Assembly: GCA_018396435.1 (NCBI GenBank)
Contig: JAGTRG010000001.1
Location: 9,659-73,658 of the forward strand
DNA from: Candidatus Bathyarchaeota archaeon
GTDB lineage: Archaea; Thermoproteota; Bathyarchaeia; Bathyarchaeales; DTEX01
DNA length: 64,000 nt
Reading direction: 5' to 3'
Shown: piece by piece, positions 7,906 to 17,154 of the stretch
Position numbering within the stretch: the first letter of the stretch is position 1
Layout: each line of letters begins with the position of its first letter
Translations under genes and position numbers: made by a program
The notes under the pieces: generated by a model
Told to the model about the DNA's origin: nothing
Databases searched by the model: none
Seen by the model: only the letters and a program-made list of their open reading frames with translations

Positions 7906-8922
7906 TTGCCAGTGATATTTGATTTAGAGGAAGATAAGTTACGCAGCGAAATTATTAGGCGTGGGGCGCGCGTAGTCCTAGTGCAGCTGCCCGAGGGGCT
8001 GAAGCCTGAGGCGCCGCATATAGCATCCATCATAGAGGAATCCGGTGCATTACCGATAATCTCAGCTGACCCATGCTACGGAGCATGCGACCTAGCCCTC
8101 TACGAAGCTGAGTTCATCTCAGCCGATATTATAGTGCATTATGGACATGCGGAAACAGCGTTTTTCACATGTAAACCGGGTTTACCCGAAATCCCAATAA
8201 TATACATTGAGGCTAGGGCGAATGTCCCCATCAGAGAAGCGGTTGAGGATGCTCTGAGACAGCTCGAGCCCTGGAGGAGAATAGGGCTGACAACAACTGT
8301 CCAGCATATCCACAAAATAAAGGAGGCTGAAGAAATCCTTAGGAAAGCCGGAAAAGAAGTATATATCGGGCGCTCTCTGGGCTTAAAATATCCAGGTCAG
8401 GTTTTAGGCTGCAACTACGGGAACGCCAAATCGATCCTAAGCCATGTGGATGCATTCCTACTCCTAGGCGGAGGCAGATTTCACGCGCTTGGGCTTTTCT
8501 TCGCCACAATGAAGCCAACCGTTACTGCAGACCCCTTCGAGGGCAGAGCCCATAGGGTTGATGAAGAAGCTGAAAAAATAATTCATAGGCGCTGGATGGA
8601 TATATCTGAAGCCTCAAAAGCGAAAATTTGGGGCATAATCCTCGGGGTTAAAACAGGGCAGCTCAATATGGAAGCAGCTCTGAAAATTAAGAATGAAATA
8701 GAGCAGCTGGGCAATAAGGCTGTTCTGCTGGCCATGAGGGAAGTCACGCCTGAAGCCCTCCTTGAGTTTCCTAAAATAGAAGCCTATGTAAACACGGCTT
8801 GCCCAAGAATATCGCTTTACGATTCGCGAAAATTCCCCAAACCTGTGTTAACGGTTAAGGAAACAAATGTTGCCATAGGAAAAACATCCTGGAATGAGAT
8901 CCTTGAATCCGGCCTACTATAA
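7906..8922 (+). CDS. dph2: Diphthamide synthase subunit Dph2 (2-(3-amino-3-carboxypropyl)histidine synthase)
   Basis: VVLVQLPEGLK...ISADPCYGACDL...HYGHA pattern. TTG start. Confidence 0.8.
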   Translation: MPVIFDLEEDKLRSEIIRRGARVVLVQLPEGLKPEAPHIASIIEESGALPIISADPCYGACDLALYEAEFISADIIVHYGHAETAFFTCKPGLPEIPIIYIEARANVPIREAVEDALRQLEPWRRIGLTTTVQHIHKIKEAEEILRKAGKEVYIGRSLGLKYPGQVLGCNYGNAKSILSHVDAFLLLGGGRFHALGLFFATMKPTVTADPFEGRAHRVDEEAEKIIHRRWMDISEASKAKIWGIILGVKTGQLNMEAALKIKNEIEQLGNKAVLLAMREVTPEALLEFPKIEAYVNTACPRISLYDSRKFPKPVLTVKETNVAIGKTSWNEILESGLL

Positions 8923-8963
8923 TTAACTAGGCGAAATTAGGAGTAAAAAGGCGGAAAAGGCTG

Positions 8964-9584
8964 GTGGATTCATTGAAGCTGAGAAAGAAGCAGCTTACAC
9001 TTCTCCTATCAAGGGTGGAGCCTAACCCCCGACCGAAGCTCAGATGGGAAAGCTACATGCTGGACGCTGAGAGCGCAGCCAGCATGATTCATGCCGCCTG
9101 GGTTAACAGTGACATAGACGGGAGGAAAATTGTCGACCTAGGCTGCGGATCCGGGATCTTGGCAATAGCGTCCTCACTGATTGGCGCAGCATGGTCCGTT
9201 GGGGTTGACATAGACAGGGATGCCATAGGGGCTGCCGTTAAGAATGCCGCTAGGCTTGGCGCTGAAGTTGACTTCATAATTGGCGATATAGACTGCATTA
9301 TCGGACGCTTCGATACAGCATTGATGAACCCCCCATTTGGAAGCTGGCATAAGGGAGCGGACATAAAATTTCTGAAGAAGGCTCTGGAAATATCCAACGT
9401 GGTCTACTCGCTGCATAAGTGCAGCCCCCCTGTTAGAAGTTTCCTCAGTAAGCAGATTCCTAAAATAGGCGGCGTATTAGACAAAGTCTATGAAATGGAC
9501 ATAGTTATAAGCCGAACATACGAATTCCATAGGAAAAGGCTCTATCCGGTTAAAGCCGACCTGTACCGAATACTGAAAGGCTAA
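8964..9584 (+). CDS. SAM-dependent N6-adenine RNA methyltransferase (METTL5-like)
   Basis: Motif I VDLGCGSGILA and motif IV NPPFG. Confidence 0.7.
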   Translation: MDSLKLRKKQLTLLLSRVEPNPRPKLRWESYMLDAESAASMIHAAWVNSDIDGRKIVDLGCGSGILAIASSLIGAAWSVGVDIDRDAIGAAVKNAARLGAEVDFIIGDIDCIIGRFDTALMNPPFGSWHKGADIKFLKKALEISNVVYSLHKCSPPVRSFLSKQIPKIGGVLDKVYEMDIVISRTYEFHRKRLYPVKADLYRILKG

Positions 9585-9672
9585 AGGCTAGATACAGGTC
9601 AATAGCAAAGCTAATATCGCAGTTCACGGGTATTTTTAAACTCAGTCAACTAGGGGATGGAATGCCTAAAAC

Positions 9673-10251
9673 ATGTCTAATACAAGAAGCGGAAAGTTCA
9701 TTGTTCCCGGAGAGAAAATAGGCGTAATAGAAGAGTTCATACCGAACTTTGGAACATACGTTGAGGAAGGAGTTATATACTCGAGAAACGTCGGATACGT
9801 ATCTATTGATTCAGCCAATAGGAAGGTTTCAGTCTACCCGGTGGCGAGAGATTTAAGCTTCCCAAAGATTGGAAGCATAGTTGTTGGGCACATCGTCAAT
9901 ATTCAGGGCTTAACGGCTTTCATGCGCATAGTGAAGATTGGGAAAAAACATCTTTCAGGGTTCCTAACAGGTGCTCTGCATGTTTCAGACATTGACACAA
10001 AATACACTAAGGAGGTTCTTAACGCGGTTAAAGTAGGAGACCTAGTCCGCGCTAAGGTGATAAGCGACGCTAACAGAATCCTCCACCTGACCACTAAGGG
10101 AGAAAACCTAGGTGTAATATTGGCTCTATGCTCAAAATGCGGCGGAACGCTTCTGCTGAAGAACAAGAAAAGCAAAAAGTTATATTGTGGCGAATGCGGA
10201 AATTTTGAGACGAGGAAAATAGCGTCAGACTACGGAGCCGGAAACATGTAG
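9673..10251 (+). CDS. csl4: Exosome complex RNA-binding protein Csl4
   Basis: S1-like barrel plus a C-terminal zinc ribbon (CSKCG...CGECG). It is adjacent to rpoL, as in the archaeal exosome superoperon. Confidence 0.8.
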   Translation: MSNTRSGKFIVPGEKIGVIEEFIPNFGTYVEEGVIYSRNVGYVSIDSANRKVSVYPVARDLSFPKIGSIVVGHIVNIQGLTAFMRIVKIGKKHLSGFLTGALHVSDIDTKYTKEVLNAVKVGDLVRAKVISDANRILHLTTKGENLGVILALCSKCGGTLLLKNKKSKKLYCGECGNFETRKIASDYGAGNM

Positions 10252-10267
10252 CAGTGAGTTGATCAAT

Positions 10268-10552
10268 ATGCAGCTAAAAATATTGGATAAAAAGCCAAAT
10301 GAGCTCACACTTGAGGTTGAGGGTGAAGGGCATACGCTGTGCAGTCTCCTAGAGTCAGTCCTTCTGGAAGACGATGATGTGGAGTTCGCCAGCTACAGCA
10401 TATCGCATCCTCTCGTAGCAAACCCCGTGATAACAGTGCGCACTAAAGGGAATAAAAACCCTGAGGAAGCGCTTAAAGAAGCGGCTGAAAAAATCCTTAA
10501 AAGGGGCAGGGAGCTCGGGGAGGAATTTGAGAGAGCGCTTAAAGGCATATAA
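10268..10552 (+). CDS. rpoL: DNA-directed RNA polymerase subunit L (Rpo11)
   Basis: LTLEVEGEGHTLCSLLES...ASYSISHPL signature. The ATG at 10268 is preferred to the TTG at 10259. Confidence 0.85.
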   Translation: MQLKILDKKPNELTLEVEGEGHTLCSLLESVLLEDDDVEFASYSISHPLVANPVITVRTKGNKNPEEALKEAAEKILKRGRELGEEFERALKGI

Positions 10553-10557
10553 AATCC

Positions 10558-10968
10558 TCAAATATTCTGTTTAAGGCAAATCCTCCCCAGAATTAACCTC
10601 AAGAGTTCACTTAGGTTCTCCGCAACTTCTCCTTCACGCGCCAGAATCTCAACCGCCTCCCAGATTGACACAGCCCCCGACAGCCAGCCGTAAACTATTA
10701 AGGCTTCAGCAGCATCCGCCTGCCTATGCCTATCCACCCTCCTAGGCAGAAACCTCCGCATATCGGATTTTCTTAGGGCTGATGAAAGCGTTAAACTATC
10801 AAGTTTTCGTCCAACAGGCTTACCGGCAATTTTAGATAGGGCGAGAGAGTAAATGAGGTTGACGTATGCATCCCCCAGGGAGGCTAAGTTGTGGTCCGCC
10901 AAAACCTCAACTAGGCTGGAGTATTCATGCATGAAAGAGATGAACCCACTTTTTTCCGCTTCACCCAA
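10558..10968 (-). CDS. Small RNase III-like (Mini-III-like) domain protein
   Basis: LASLGDAYVNLIYSLA resembles the RNase III signature xLEFLGDAxL. ADAAEALIVYGW resembles ADxFEAxIGAxY. Confidence 0.4.
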   Translation of the reverse strand: MGEAEKSGFISFMHEYSSLVEVLADHNLASLGDAYVNLIYSLALSKIAGKPVGRKLDSLTLSSALRKSDMRRFLPRRVDRHRQADAAEALIVYGWLSGAVSIWEAVEILAREGEVAENLSELLRLILGRICLKQNI

Positions 10969-11048
10969 TCTGGCCCACCTAGTTCCCTAAAAAGGGTTTT
11001 CACAAAGAATAAATCTCCTTCCTTCACTATTTTTAGCTGACGCATTAT

Positions 11049-12110
11049 ATGAGGAAGACGCTTATACTTAAGGTTGACTGCGAAAATCCCGATGGGGAAA
11101 AGATAGATTTGGCAGCGGAGGCTATACGCCGAGGTGGGCTTGTGGCTTTCCCAACAGAGACGGTTTACGGTTTAGGAGCCGACGCCCTAAACCCGAAGGC
11201 TGTCAGAGAAATCTACGCTGTTAAAATGAGACCCCCCGACAACCCGATAATAGTGCATATCGCCGTCAAAGATGATGTTTATAGGCTTGCCGAATCAGTT
11301 CCCAGATACGCTGAGAGGCTGATGGATCTCTTCTGGCCTGGACCATTAACATTGGTTCTTAAGGCGTCAGGAATCGTGCCGAAGGTCACAACTGGCGGAT
11401 TGGACACAGTGGCCATAAGGATGCCGAAACATAAGGTTGCCTTGGCCCTAATAAAAGCCTCGGAAACCCCGATTGCTGCTCCAAGCGCCAACCTAGCCGG
11501 TAGGCCAAGCCCGACAGTGGCCGAACATGTCATACAGGACCTTTATGGGCGGATAGACGTCATAATCGACGCTGGACCGACAAGCATAGGCGTTGAATCC
11601 ACAGTTCTGGATCTGACAAGCGATCCGCCTCAAATCCTAAGGCCAGGCGGAGCAACATACGAGGATCTGAGAAAAGCGCTGGGCAAAGTTGACATCCACC
11701 CATCTGCGCTGGCGAAAAGCGAGCTTCCCATTGAACGCGCCCGTTCGCCTGGGATGAAACATAAGCATTATGCGCCTAAAGCCGAGATGATTCTGGTTGA
11801 GGGCGACTTCAGCCTCATCGTTGGGAAGATCATGGAGCTGGCTGAGCACTACGCTAAAGCGGGGAGAAAGGTGGGCGTTCTTGCCACAGATGAGAGCGCG
11901 CCGAACTACAAGGTCGGCGTCATAAAATCCCTAGGTAACCGAAGAGACCTCTCATTAGCCGCCAAAAATCTCTTTAAAACCCTAAGGGAGTTCGATGAGG
12001 AGGGGGTTGACCTAATAATCGCCGAGGGCCTTCCGCAAGAGGGCTTAGGGCTTGCCATAATGAATAGGCTCAGAAGGGCCGCGGGCTACAACATAATCAC
12101 CTTAGGCTAA
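11049..12110 (+). CDS. sua5: L-threonylcarbamoyladenylate synthase Sua5/TsaC
   Basis: FPTETVYGLGADA motif. 353 aa with a Sua5 C-terminal domain. Confidence 0.88.
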   Translation: MRKTLILKVDCENPDGEKIDLAAEAIRRGGLVAFPTETVYGLGADALNPKAVREIYAVKMRPPDNPIIVHIAVKDDVYRLAESVPRYAERLMDLFWPGPLTLVLKASGIVPKVTTGGLDTVAIRMPKHKVALALIKASETPIAAPSANLAGRPSPTVAEHVIQDLYGRIDVIIDAGPTSIGVESTVLDLTSDPPQILRPGGATYEDLRKALGKVDIHPSALAKSELPIERARSPGMKHKHYAPKAEMILVEGDFSLIVGKIMELAEHYAKAGRKVGVLATDESAPNYKVGVIKSLGNRRDLSLAAKNLFKTLREFDEEGVDLIIAEGLPQEGLGLAIMNRLRRAAGYNIITLG

Positions 12111-12133
12111 AGAAAATTTTGAAGGCTGCCAGC

Positions 12134-13084
12134 TTACTTATCTACCTCAGCGTCAACTATGCCCTTCTCATTTATCATGAAGTAGGCTTCCCTCTCAGGC
12201 AGGTATGGGCTGTCGATTATCCTCGCAACCCTCACGCCCTTTGAGCCCTTCCGGAGATAAACCCTATGTGTGCATGCATGAGCCATTATGTTTCCGCCAG
12301 CGGGCCTATTTGGGTCCCCTCCAAAGAATGAAGCCGGGTTGGATTGAACCTGATTCGTTACGACAACAGCGAGATTGTATGCTTCCGAAAGCCTAATCAG
12401 CTTATGCAGATACTGATTTAGCTTCTGCTGCCTATCTGAAAGGTTCTCCCGCCCAATATACTCGCCTCTGAAGTGGCTTATCATGCTGTCCACAACAACG
12501 AGTTTTATATTATTCTCCGGGCAGAGCATGAACAATCTGTCGATTAGTAGGCATTGATGGCTACTATTGTATGCCCTCGCAACAAATATGTTTCCGGCGG
12601 CATCCTTCGGATCAAGCCCCATGCTGGAGGCTATTTGATATACGCGTTCAGGCATGAATGTTCCCTCAGTGTCTATGAATGCAACCCTGCCCTCTAAGCC
12701 GCCCTTATCATATGGTAGCTGCGCAGTGATGGAGAGCATCATGCATATCTGAGTCTTACCGGAACCATACTCACCTATCAGCTCCGTTAAAGCCTGAGTT
12801 TCTATCCCGCCGCCAAGTATCTCATCAAGCTTTTTGCATCCCGTTGTACAGCGCCTCATGCTCTTCCTTCTTTCATAATACTCCTGAGCGGTTTTAAAGT
12901 CGGCAGAAATCATCTTACGGGCGGATTCCTGAATCTTAAGCACAGTGTTGAAGCCTAGATTCGTCTTCTCCATGATCTCAAGCGGCGGGGTGACTGCAAC
13001 AGCCTCTATAGTTGTGTAGCCCGCTGTCCTAAGCTTAGTTGCTATTGCCGATCCAACGCCATCCAGGGATTCCAGGTCTTCCAT
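12134..13084 (-). CDS. radA: DNA repair and recombination protein RadA
   Basis: HhH LDGVGSAIATKLRTAGY, Walker A GEYGSGKTQ, Walker B KLVVVDS. The ORF extends to 13102, but the MEDLESLDGVG start at 13084 lies 2 nt after the upstream ORF stop. Confidence 0.93.
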   Translation of the reverse strand: MEDLESLDGVGSAIATKLRTAGYTTIEAVAVTPPLEIMEKTNLGFNTVLKIQESARKMISADFKTAQEYYERRKSMRRCTTGCKKLDEILGGGIETQALTELIGEYGSGKTQICMMLSITAQLPYDKGGLEGRVAFIDTEGTFMPERVYQIASSMGLDPKDAAGNIFVARAYNSSHQCLLIDRLFMLCPENNIKLVVVDSMISHFRGEYIGRENLSDRQQKLNQYLHKLIRLSEAYNLAVVVTNQVQSNPASFFGGDPNRPAGGNIMAHACTHRVYLRKGSKGVRVARIIDSPYLPEREAYFMINEKGIVDAEVDK

Positions 13085-13086
13085 TA

Positions 13087-13296
13087 TCAGTAAGTCTCCC
13101 AATCAAAATTTTTTCTGGAAATTGTCTTCCAGCAGTCCCAGCATAGGGGGATGCGTTCACCCCTATACATTATATACAAGGCTATATCCGTGCTTTTGCA
13201 GTCGCCATTCCACGGGTTTGAGCACTTCTCCAATCCGAGGCTTACGCTGATGGATGTGATCCCTTCGGATTTAGGCTTATTCTTAAGTTTAACCAT
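13087..13296 (-). CDS. Small Cys-rich (zinc-finger-like) hypothetical protein
   Basis: 69 aa with CSNPWNGDC...CWDCW. Its stop is 2 nt from the radA ATG. No family was recognised. Confidence 0.35.
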   Translation of the reverse strand: MVKLKNKPKSEGITSISVSLGLEKCSNPWNGDCKSTDIALYIMYRGERIPLCWDCWKTISRKNFDWETY

Positions 13297-13384
13297 CCCC
13301 CTACGCCAATACCTAATTCATCCAGGAGATATTTAAGGAGTATGTGAAAGATTATGTGGGGGGAGGGGGTGGTTCCCCTATTCG

Positions 13385-13690
13385 TCAGAAGGAAATTCTT
13401 GCCCTACGCATTTTATTGAGGAACCCCATCAGCTCTCTAACAATTTCATTTTCAAGGTTTATCTCATAGGTTTTAGGCTTAAACTTGTTTTCCTTAACCC
13501 AGCCTAGATCAACTAATGTTTTAAGCCTTCTATCCACAGATGGGGTTCTAAGCCCTGTTAACTTAGCCAAAGAGTACTTCGTGAAGGCCTTATTAGGGTT
13601 TAAAATTAAATGTAGTAGAACCCTAAATCCCTTGCCGCATCCTAAACCCAGCTCCAGCTCATCCCACACGGTTCTCTCTTTCGCCCTCAT
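13385..13690 (-). CDS. Small winged-helix (ArsR/MarR-like) DNA-binding protein
   Basis: FRVLLHLILNPNKAFTKYSLAKLTGLRTPSVDRRLKTLVDLGWV, an HTH plus wing. It starts 4 nt after the cdc6 stop. Confidence 0.6.
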   Translation of the reverse strand: MRAKERTVWDELELGLGCGKGFRVLLHLILNPNKAFTKYSLAKLTGLRTPSVDRRLKTLVDLGWVKENKFKPKTYEINLENEIVRELMGFLNKMRRARISF

Positions 13691-13694
13691 ATCA

Positions 13695-14879
13695 TTATCC
13701 GCTCAATGGCTCAAGCTGCTTCAACAAATTGTTTAAAAATTTCTCCAGGTCTATTAGGGCTGCGCCCGATATCCCAATCTCCATAAGAGATTTCATATCA
13801 ACTATTCCGCGATATATAAGGTCCTGGATAAGCCTCTCGAAATCCTCAGCAGGCTTAGCGTTATATTCATCGCATACGACGCTGTAGAGCTTCCGCAGTT
13901 CCCTTAGGCTTATATAGGCAGATCCGCTAGCCTTCAACCCTCTTACAAGGGCGAGAAGAGCAAGTCTGCCATCCCTATCTAGGCTTATTACATCCTCAGA
14001 TGTTATCGTAGGGTTTATCTCGCTGTAAACCCTCCTCACATGCTCTGGGAGAACCCTGCTTGAACCAGTATTCTCAGCTAAAACGCCGGAGTAGTAGAGG
14101 AGCTCCAGCCCAACCCTGATGTCCCCATTAATCGGGGGGTTAGCGGTTATATCGCTTATAAGGTCAAGCGTGTCATCAGCAACCGCTCGCGGCTGAAAGG
14201 CTCCGTCGACCCTATCTTCGAGTATATCCCTAATCTGCCCGCTCGTGTATTTGGGGAACTCTATAATGCCAATGCCGAGGGTTGATTTTTCACCGGGCTC
14301 AAGGAGCTCATGCCACTTAAGGGAACGAGCAATAAATATCTCGCCGACTATAGGCGTCGGCTCACCGGGTCGAATTTCAGGTATGCGGGTCAAATCATAT
14401 ATTACGTGCTCCCTAGGGTTCATTTGAACAAAATAATCTATCTCGTCAAAAGTGACGATTAGGAAAATATCCTCAAACCTCAAGTACTCAACGAGCTGCC
14501 TGATCATCTCCTCAGGGCTTAAGCTCCTAGTTAATATCTTTGAGGCAGCCTTCCTGACGAGATTCCCGTAAAGAACGTAGCGTGTAACACCGTCAACCTT
14601 GCAATTCATATAGACGTGTTGCAGTTTAACACCTTCCCTCTTAGCCCTCTCAGCGATTAATTCACCGAACCTTATGGTTGTGCATGTTTTACCAGTTCCA
14701 GTGGCACCAACAATCTGGGTGAACCTTGGATAGGCATTCCATATGTTCTTAAGCATGTCGCCGTAGATTGAAAGCAGAAGGCTTATTTGCTGATCCCTAT
14801 GCGGCAGGCGCTTAGGAATATAATACGGCGAAAGCCTATTTTTATCCTTGAATATTAACGACCTGGACAAATTTTGCAC
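13695..14879 (-). CDS. cdc6: Orc1/Cdc6 replication initiator
   Basis: N-terminal LSPYYIPKRLPHRDQQI, Walker A GATGTGKT, AAA+ core, C-terminal winged helix. Confidence 0.92.
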   Translation of the reverse strand: MQNLSRSLIFKDKNRLSPYYIPKRLPHRDQQISLLLSIYGDMLKNIWNAYPRFTQIVGATGTGKTCTTIRFGELIAERAKREGVKLQHVYMNCKVDGVTRYVLYGNLVRKAASKILTRSLSPEEMIRQLVEYLRFEDIFLIVTFDEIDYFVQMNPREHVIYDLTRIPEIRPGEPTPIVGEIFIARSLKWHELLEPGEKSTLGIGIIEFPKYTSGQIRDILEDRVDGAFQPRAVADDTLDLISDITANPPINGDIRVGLELLYYSGVLAENTGSSRVLPEHVRRVYSEINPTITSEDVISLDRDGRLALLALVRGLKASGSAYISLRELRKLYSVVCDEYNAKPAEDFERLIQDLIYRGIVDMKSLMEIGISGAALIDLEKFLNNLLKQLEPLSG

Positions 14880-14983
14880 CTAAAAAATTATGTAAGAACA
14901 AGCCTATAAAAATATAGATAAGATGGGATTGGAAAAAGCACACGTTAAGGTTTTAAGGGCTTAAGGCTTCCTCAAAACCGTCG

Positions 14984-15709
14984 CTAAAGCGGTTCGATGG
15001 GCTTCACATTACCCACAACAGGCTTAGGCCTCTTAACCGGCGCACACCATCTGGCGGCGTTGCTGATGACCCTTAAAACGTTCCGGTCATAATATGTTGG
15101 GTAGGTTTCATGTCCAGGCCTAAAGTAGAAGATTTTGCCCAGCCCTCTATAAAAGCAGCATCCGCTTCTAAAGACCTCACCGCCCTTAAACCAGCTTATG
15201 AACACCAGCTCATCTGGCATGGGTATGCCGAAGGGTTCACCGTACATCTCTTCATGTTCAATCTCAAAATAGTCGCCTAGCCCCTCCGCAATCGGATGCC
15301 CGCCGGCTACAACCCATATCCTCTCCTTCTCCCCAGCCTCCCTCCACCTGAGATCGCATATTGTTCCCATTAGGCGCTTAAATATTTTCGAGAAGTGCCC
15401 TGAGTGGAGAACTATCAGCCCCATGCCGTCGAAGATAACTCTCCTATATACTCGATCGACAACGGCGTCGCTGACCCTCTCATGCGCAGCGTGCCCCCAC
15501 CATATTAGCACATCTGTGCCGTTGAGAACATCCTCGCTTAAGCCATGCTCCGGCTCATCCAACGTGGCTGTTCTAACATTGAATCCCTGATCGCGCAGAT
15601 ACCTAGCTATGGCGGCGTGTATACCCTGAGGATATATCTCAGCGACTCTTCGATCTTCCTTCTCATGGATGAACTCGTTCCAAACAGTCACATTTATCCT
15701 TTCAGCCAT
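14984..15709 (-). CDS. ThuA-like (trehalose utilization) class-I amidotransferase-fold protein
   Basis: [13 protein letters not shown]...[11 protein letters not shown]...[13 protein letters not shown]...[11 protein letters not shown] pattern. Confidence 0.7.
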   Translation of the reverse strand: MAERINVTVWNEFIHEKEDRRVAEIYPQGIHAAIARYLRDQGFNVRTATLDEPEHGLSEDVLNGTDVLIWWGHAAHERVSDAVVDRVYRRVIFDGMGLIVLHSGHFSKIFKRLMGTICDLRWREAGEKERIWVVAGGHPIAEGLGDYFEIEHEEMYGEPFGIPMPDELVFISWFKGGEVFRSGCCFYRGLGKIFYFRPGHETYPTYYDRNVLRVISNAARWCAPVKRPKPVVGNVKPIEPL

Positions 15710-15788
15710 ATGGCATCACGCACTAAACTAAACCGAACCTGTAAATAACATTTTTCTAAATATATGACCCGCCTAGCTGGAAAAGGGC

Positions 15789-16007
15789 TTATTCCAATTT
15801 AGCCACAATCATCATTATGCCTAAAAAAACAAGTACTGCTCCAGCCACGATGGAGAATGTTCCAACAGCCCCCAAATCCTTAATGTAAATGCTTGAATTA
15901 TAGGCTAATATTGCGCCGACGATCAGTAGAATCAGCCCGGAAATCTTCTCAATGAACACTAGGCTTAAAGCCGTTGAACTTCTCCCTTTACTCAACTCCT
16001 CCACCAA
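15789..16007 (-). CDS. Small two-TM membrane protein, hypothetical
   Basis: Two hydrophobic helices (LILLIVGAILAY, IVAGAVLVFLGIMMIV). Confidence 0.35.
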   Translation of the reverse strand: MVEELSKGRSSTALSLVFIEKISGLILLIVGAILAYNSSIYIKDLGAVGTFSIVAGAVLVFLGIMMIVAKLE

Positions 16008-16062
16008 CCTAGGCCGGTTAAAAATTCACATGGTAGGTAAATAAATTTTTATTTTATCCTCC

Positions 16063-17154
16063 CTAATCACCCACTTCTTTAAGCCTCTGAGGCAGATATG
16101 CGTCCACTATATGGGTTAAACCATACCTTGAAAAGGCCTCAAGCTCACATTTCCTCTGGTTTTTCATGAACAAGTTTATCTCCCTCTGCCATATTTCACC
16201 CTTATACCTTGGGTCGCGCATCAACTCATGTAAGCGCTTTATATCCACATCCTCAAGCTTATCGTTCGGCAGCTTATAGTTCACTATGTCTGAAGCCCAT
16301 ACTCCAGCCCACTTCGCATCTGGTGTGGTAAGCTCCTTAACATGCGCCGCATTCGCTGATCCTGAGATGATCACCATGGCGATATGCATGCCCCATGGAT
16401 CAGCATCGGTGAATATGTAGACTGGTAACCCTAGCTCCTGATTTAATCTCCGAATGAAATATCTTGTTGAACGTGGAGCCTGCCCCCTCAAAAATACAAG
16501 TATGGCGTTAAATTTCTCATGAACCCTCTCCTCAATAAATCTTGTGAACAAACCGCCCTTCTCAATGGCTATAACCTTATCGGCGCTGGTCTCTACGAAA
16601 TCCGCCGACGTTAAGGCCGGACCTATCATGACACCGTCGGGGTGGGATGTTAGGTTCAGACGTTTACCCTCATAGTTTGGAACAGTGTATTCTATTGTCA
16701 AGTCGCCGAAGACCGCTGAGCTCTCCTCTGGAAAAACATTAAAGTCCTCCCTCGTGTAGCCTAAAACAGTCTCTAAATCCGTTATTATGCTGTCAGATTC
16801 ATCCTGATCCTGAAATGAGATGTCGTATGCCTGGGCTGAGTAGAATACATCCCTTAAGGTTGATGTCTTCTGATTCGTGGTGAGCTCATGCGTGAAGTAA
16901 GCCATCCAAACGAGATGCGTGAAGGGTCTTAAATGCCTAATGTTTCCCGCGCTTCTCTTAACGGTTTTATTGCCAAGCACATACTGCCTAAGATCCGGAT
17001 TATAAAATATGTTCTCTATGGATCTACTGGGCATTGTTATATGCGGGAAAGACCCCTTCTCAATCTGCTCGCATAGTTCATGTCCAAACTTCTCAAGTTT
17101 TAAGAGAACATCCTTCCTTTTCTCTCTAGATTTCATGACGCTACTCCCCTTCAA
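16063..17154 (-). CDS. top6A: DNA topoisomerase VI subunit A (Spo11-like)
   Basis: Toprim segment IFTDADPWGMHIA and 5Y-CAP region. It overlaps the top6B stop. Confidence 0.92.
   Translation of the reverse strand: MKGSSVMKSREKRKDVLLKLEKFGHELCEQIEKGSFPHITMPSRSIENIFYNPDLRQYVLGNKTVKRSAGNIRHLRPFTHLVWMAYFTHELTTNQKTSTLRDVFYSAQAYDISFQDQDESDSIITDLETVLGYTREDFNVFPEESSAVFGDLTIEYTVPNYEGKRLNLTSHPDGVMIGPALTSADFVETSADKVIAIEKGGLFTRFIEERVHEKFNAILVFLRGQAPRSTRYFIRRLNQELGLPVYIFTDADPWGMHIAMVIISGSANAAHVKELTTPDAKWAGVWASDIVNYKLPNDKLEDVDIKRLHELMRDPRYKGEIWQREINLFMKNQRKCELEAFSRYGLTHIVDAYLPQRLKEVGD

Noticed and set aside
14880-14983. Replication origin upstream of cdc6.
   Set aside because: The spacer is only 104 bp. 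It has a single weak TGGAAA-type half site, no repeated ORB/mini-ORB elements and no extended AT-rich unwinding region.
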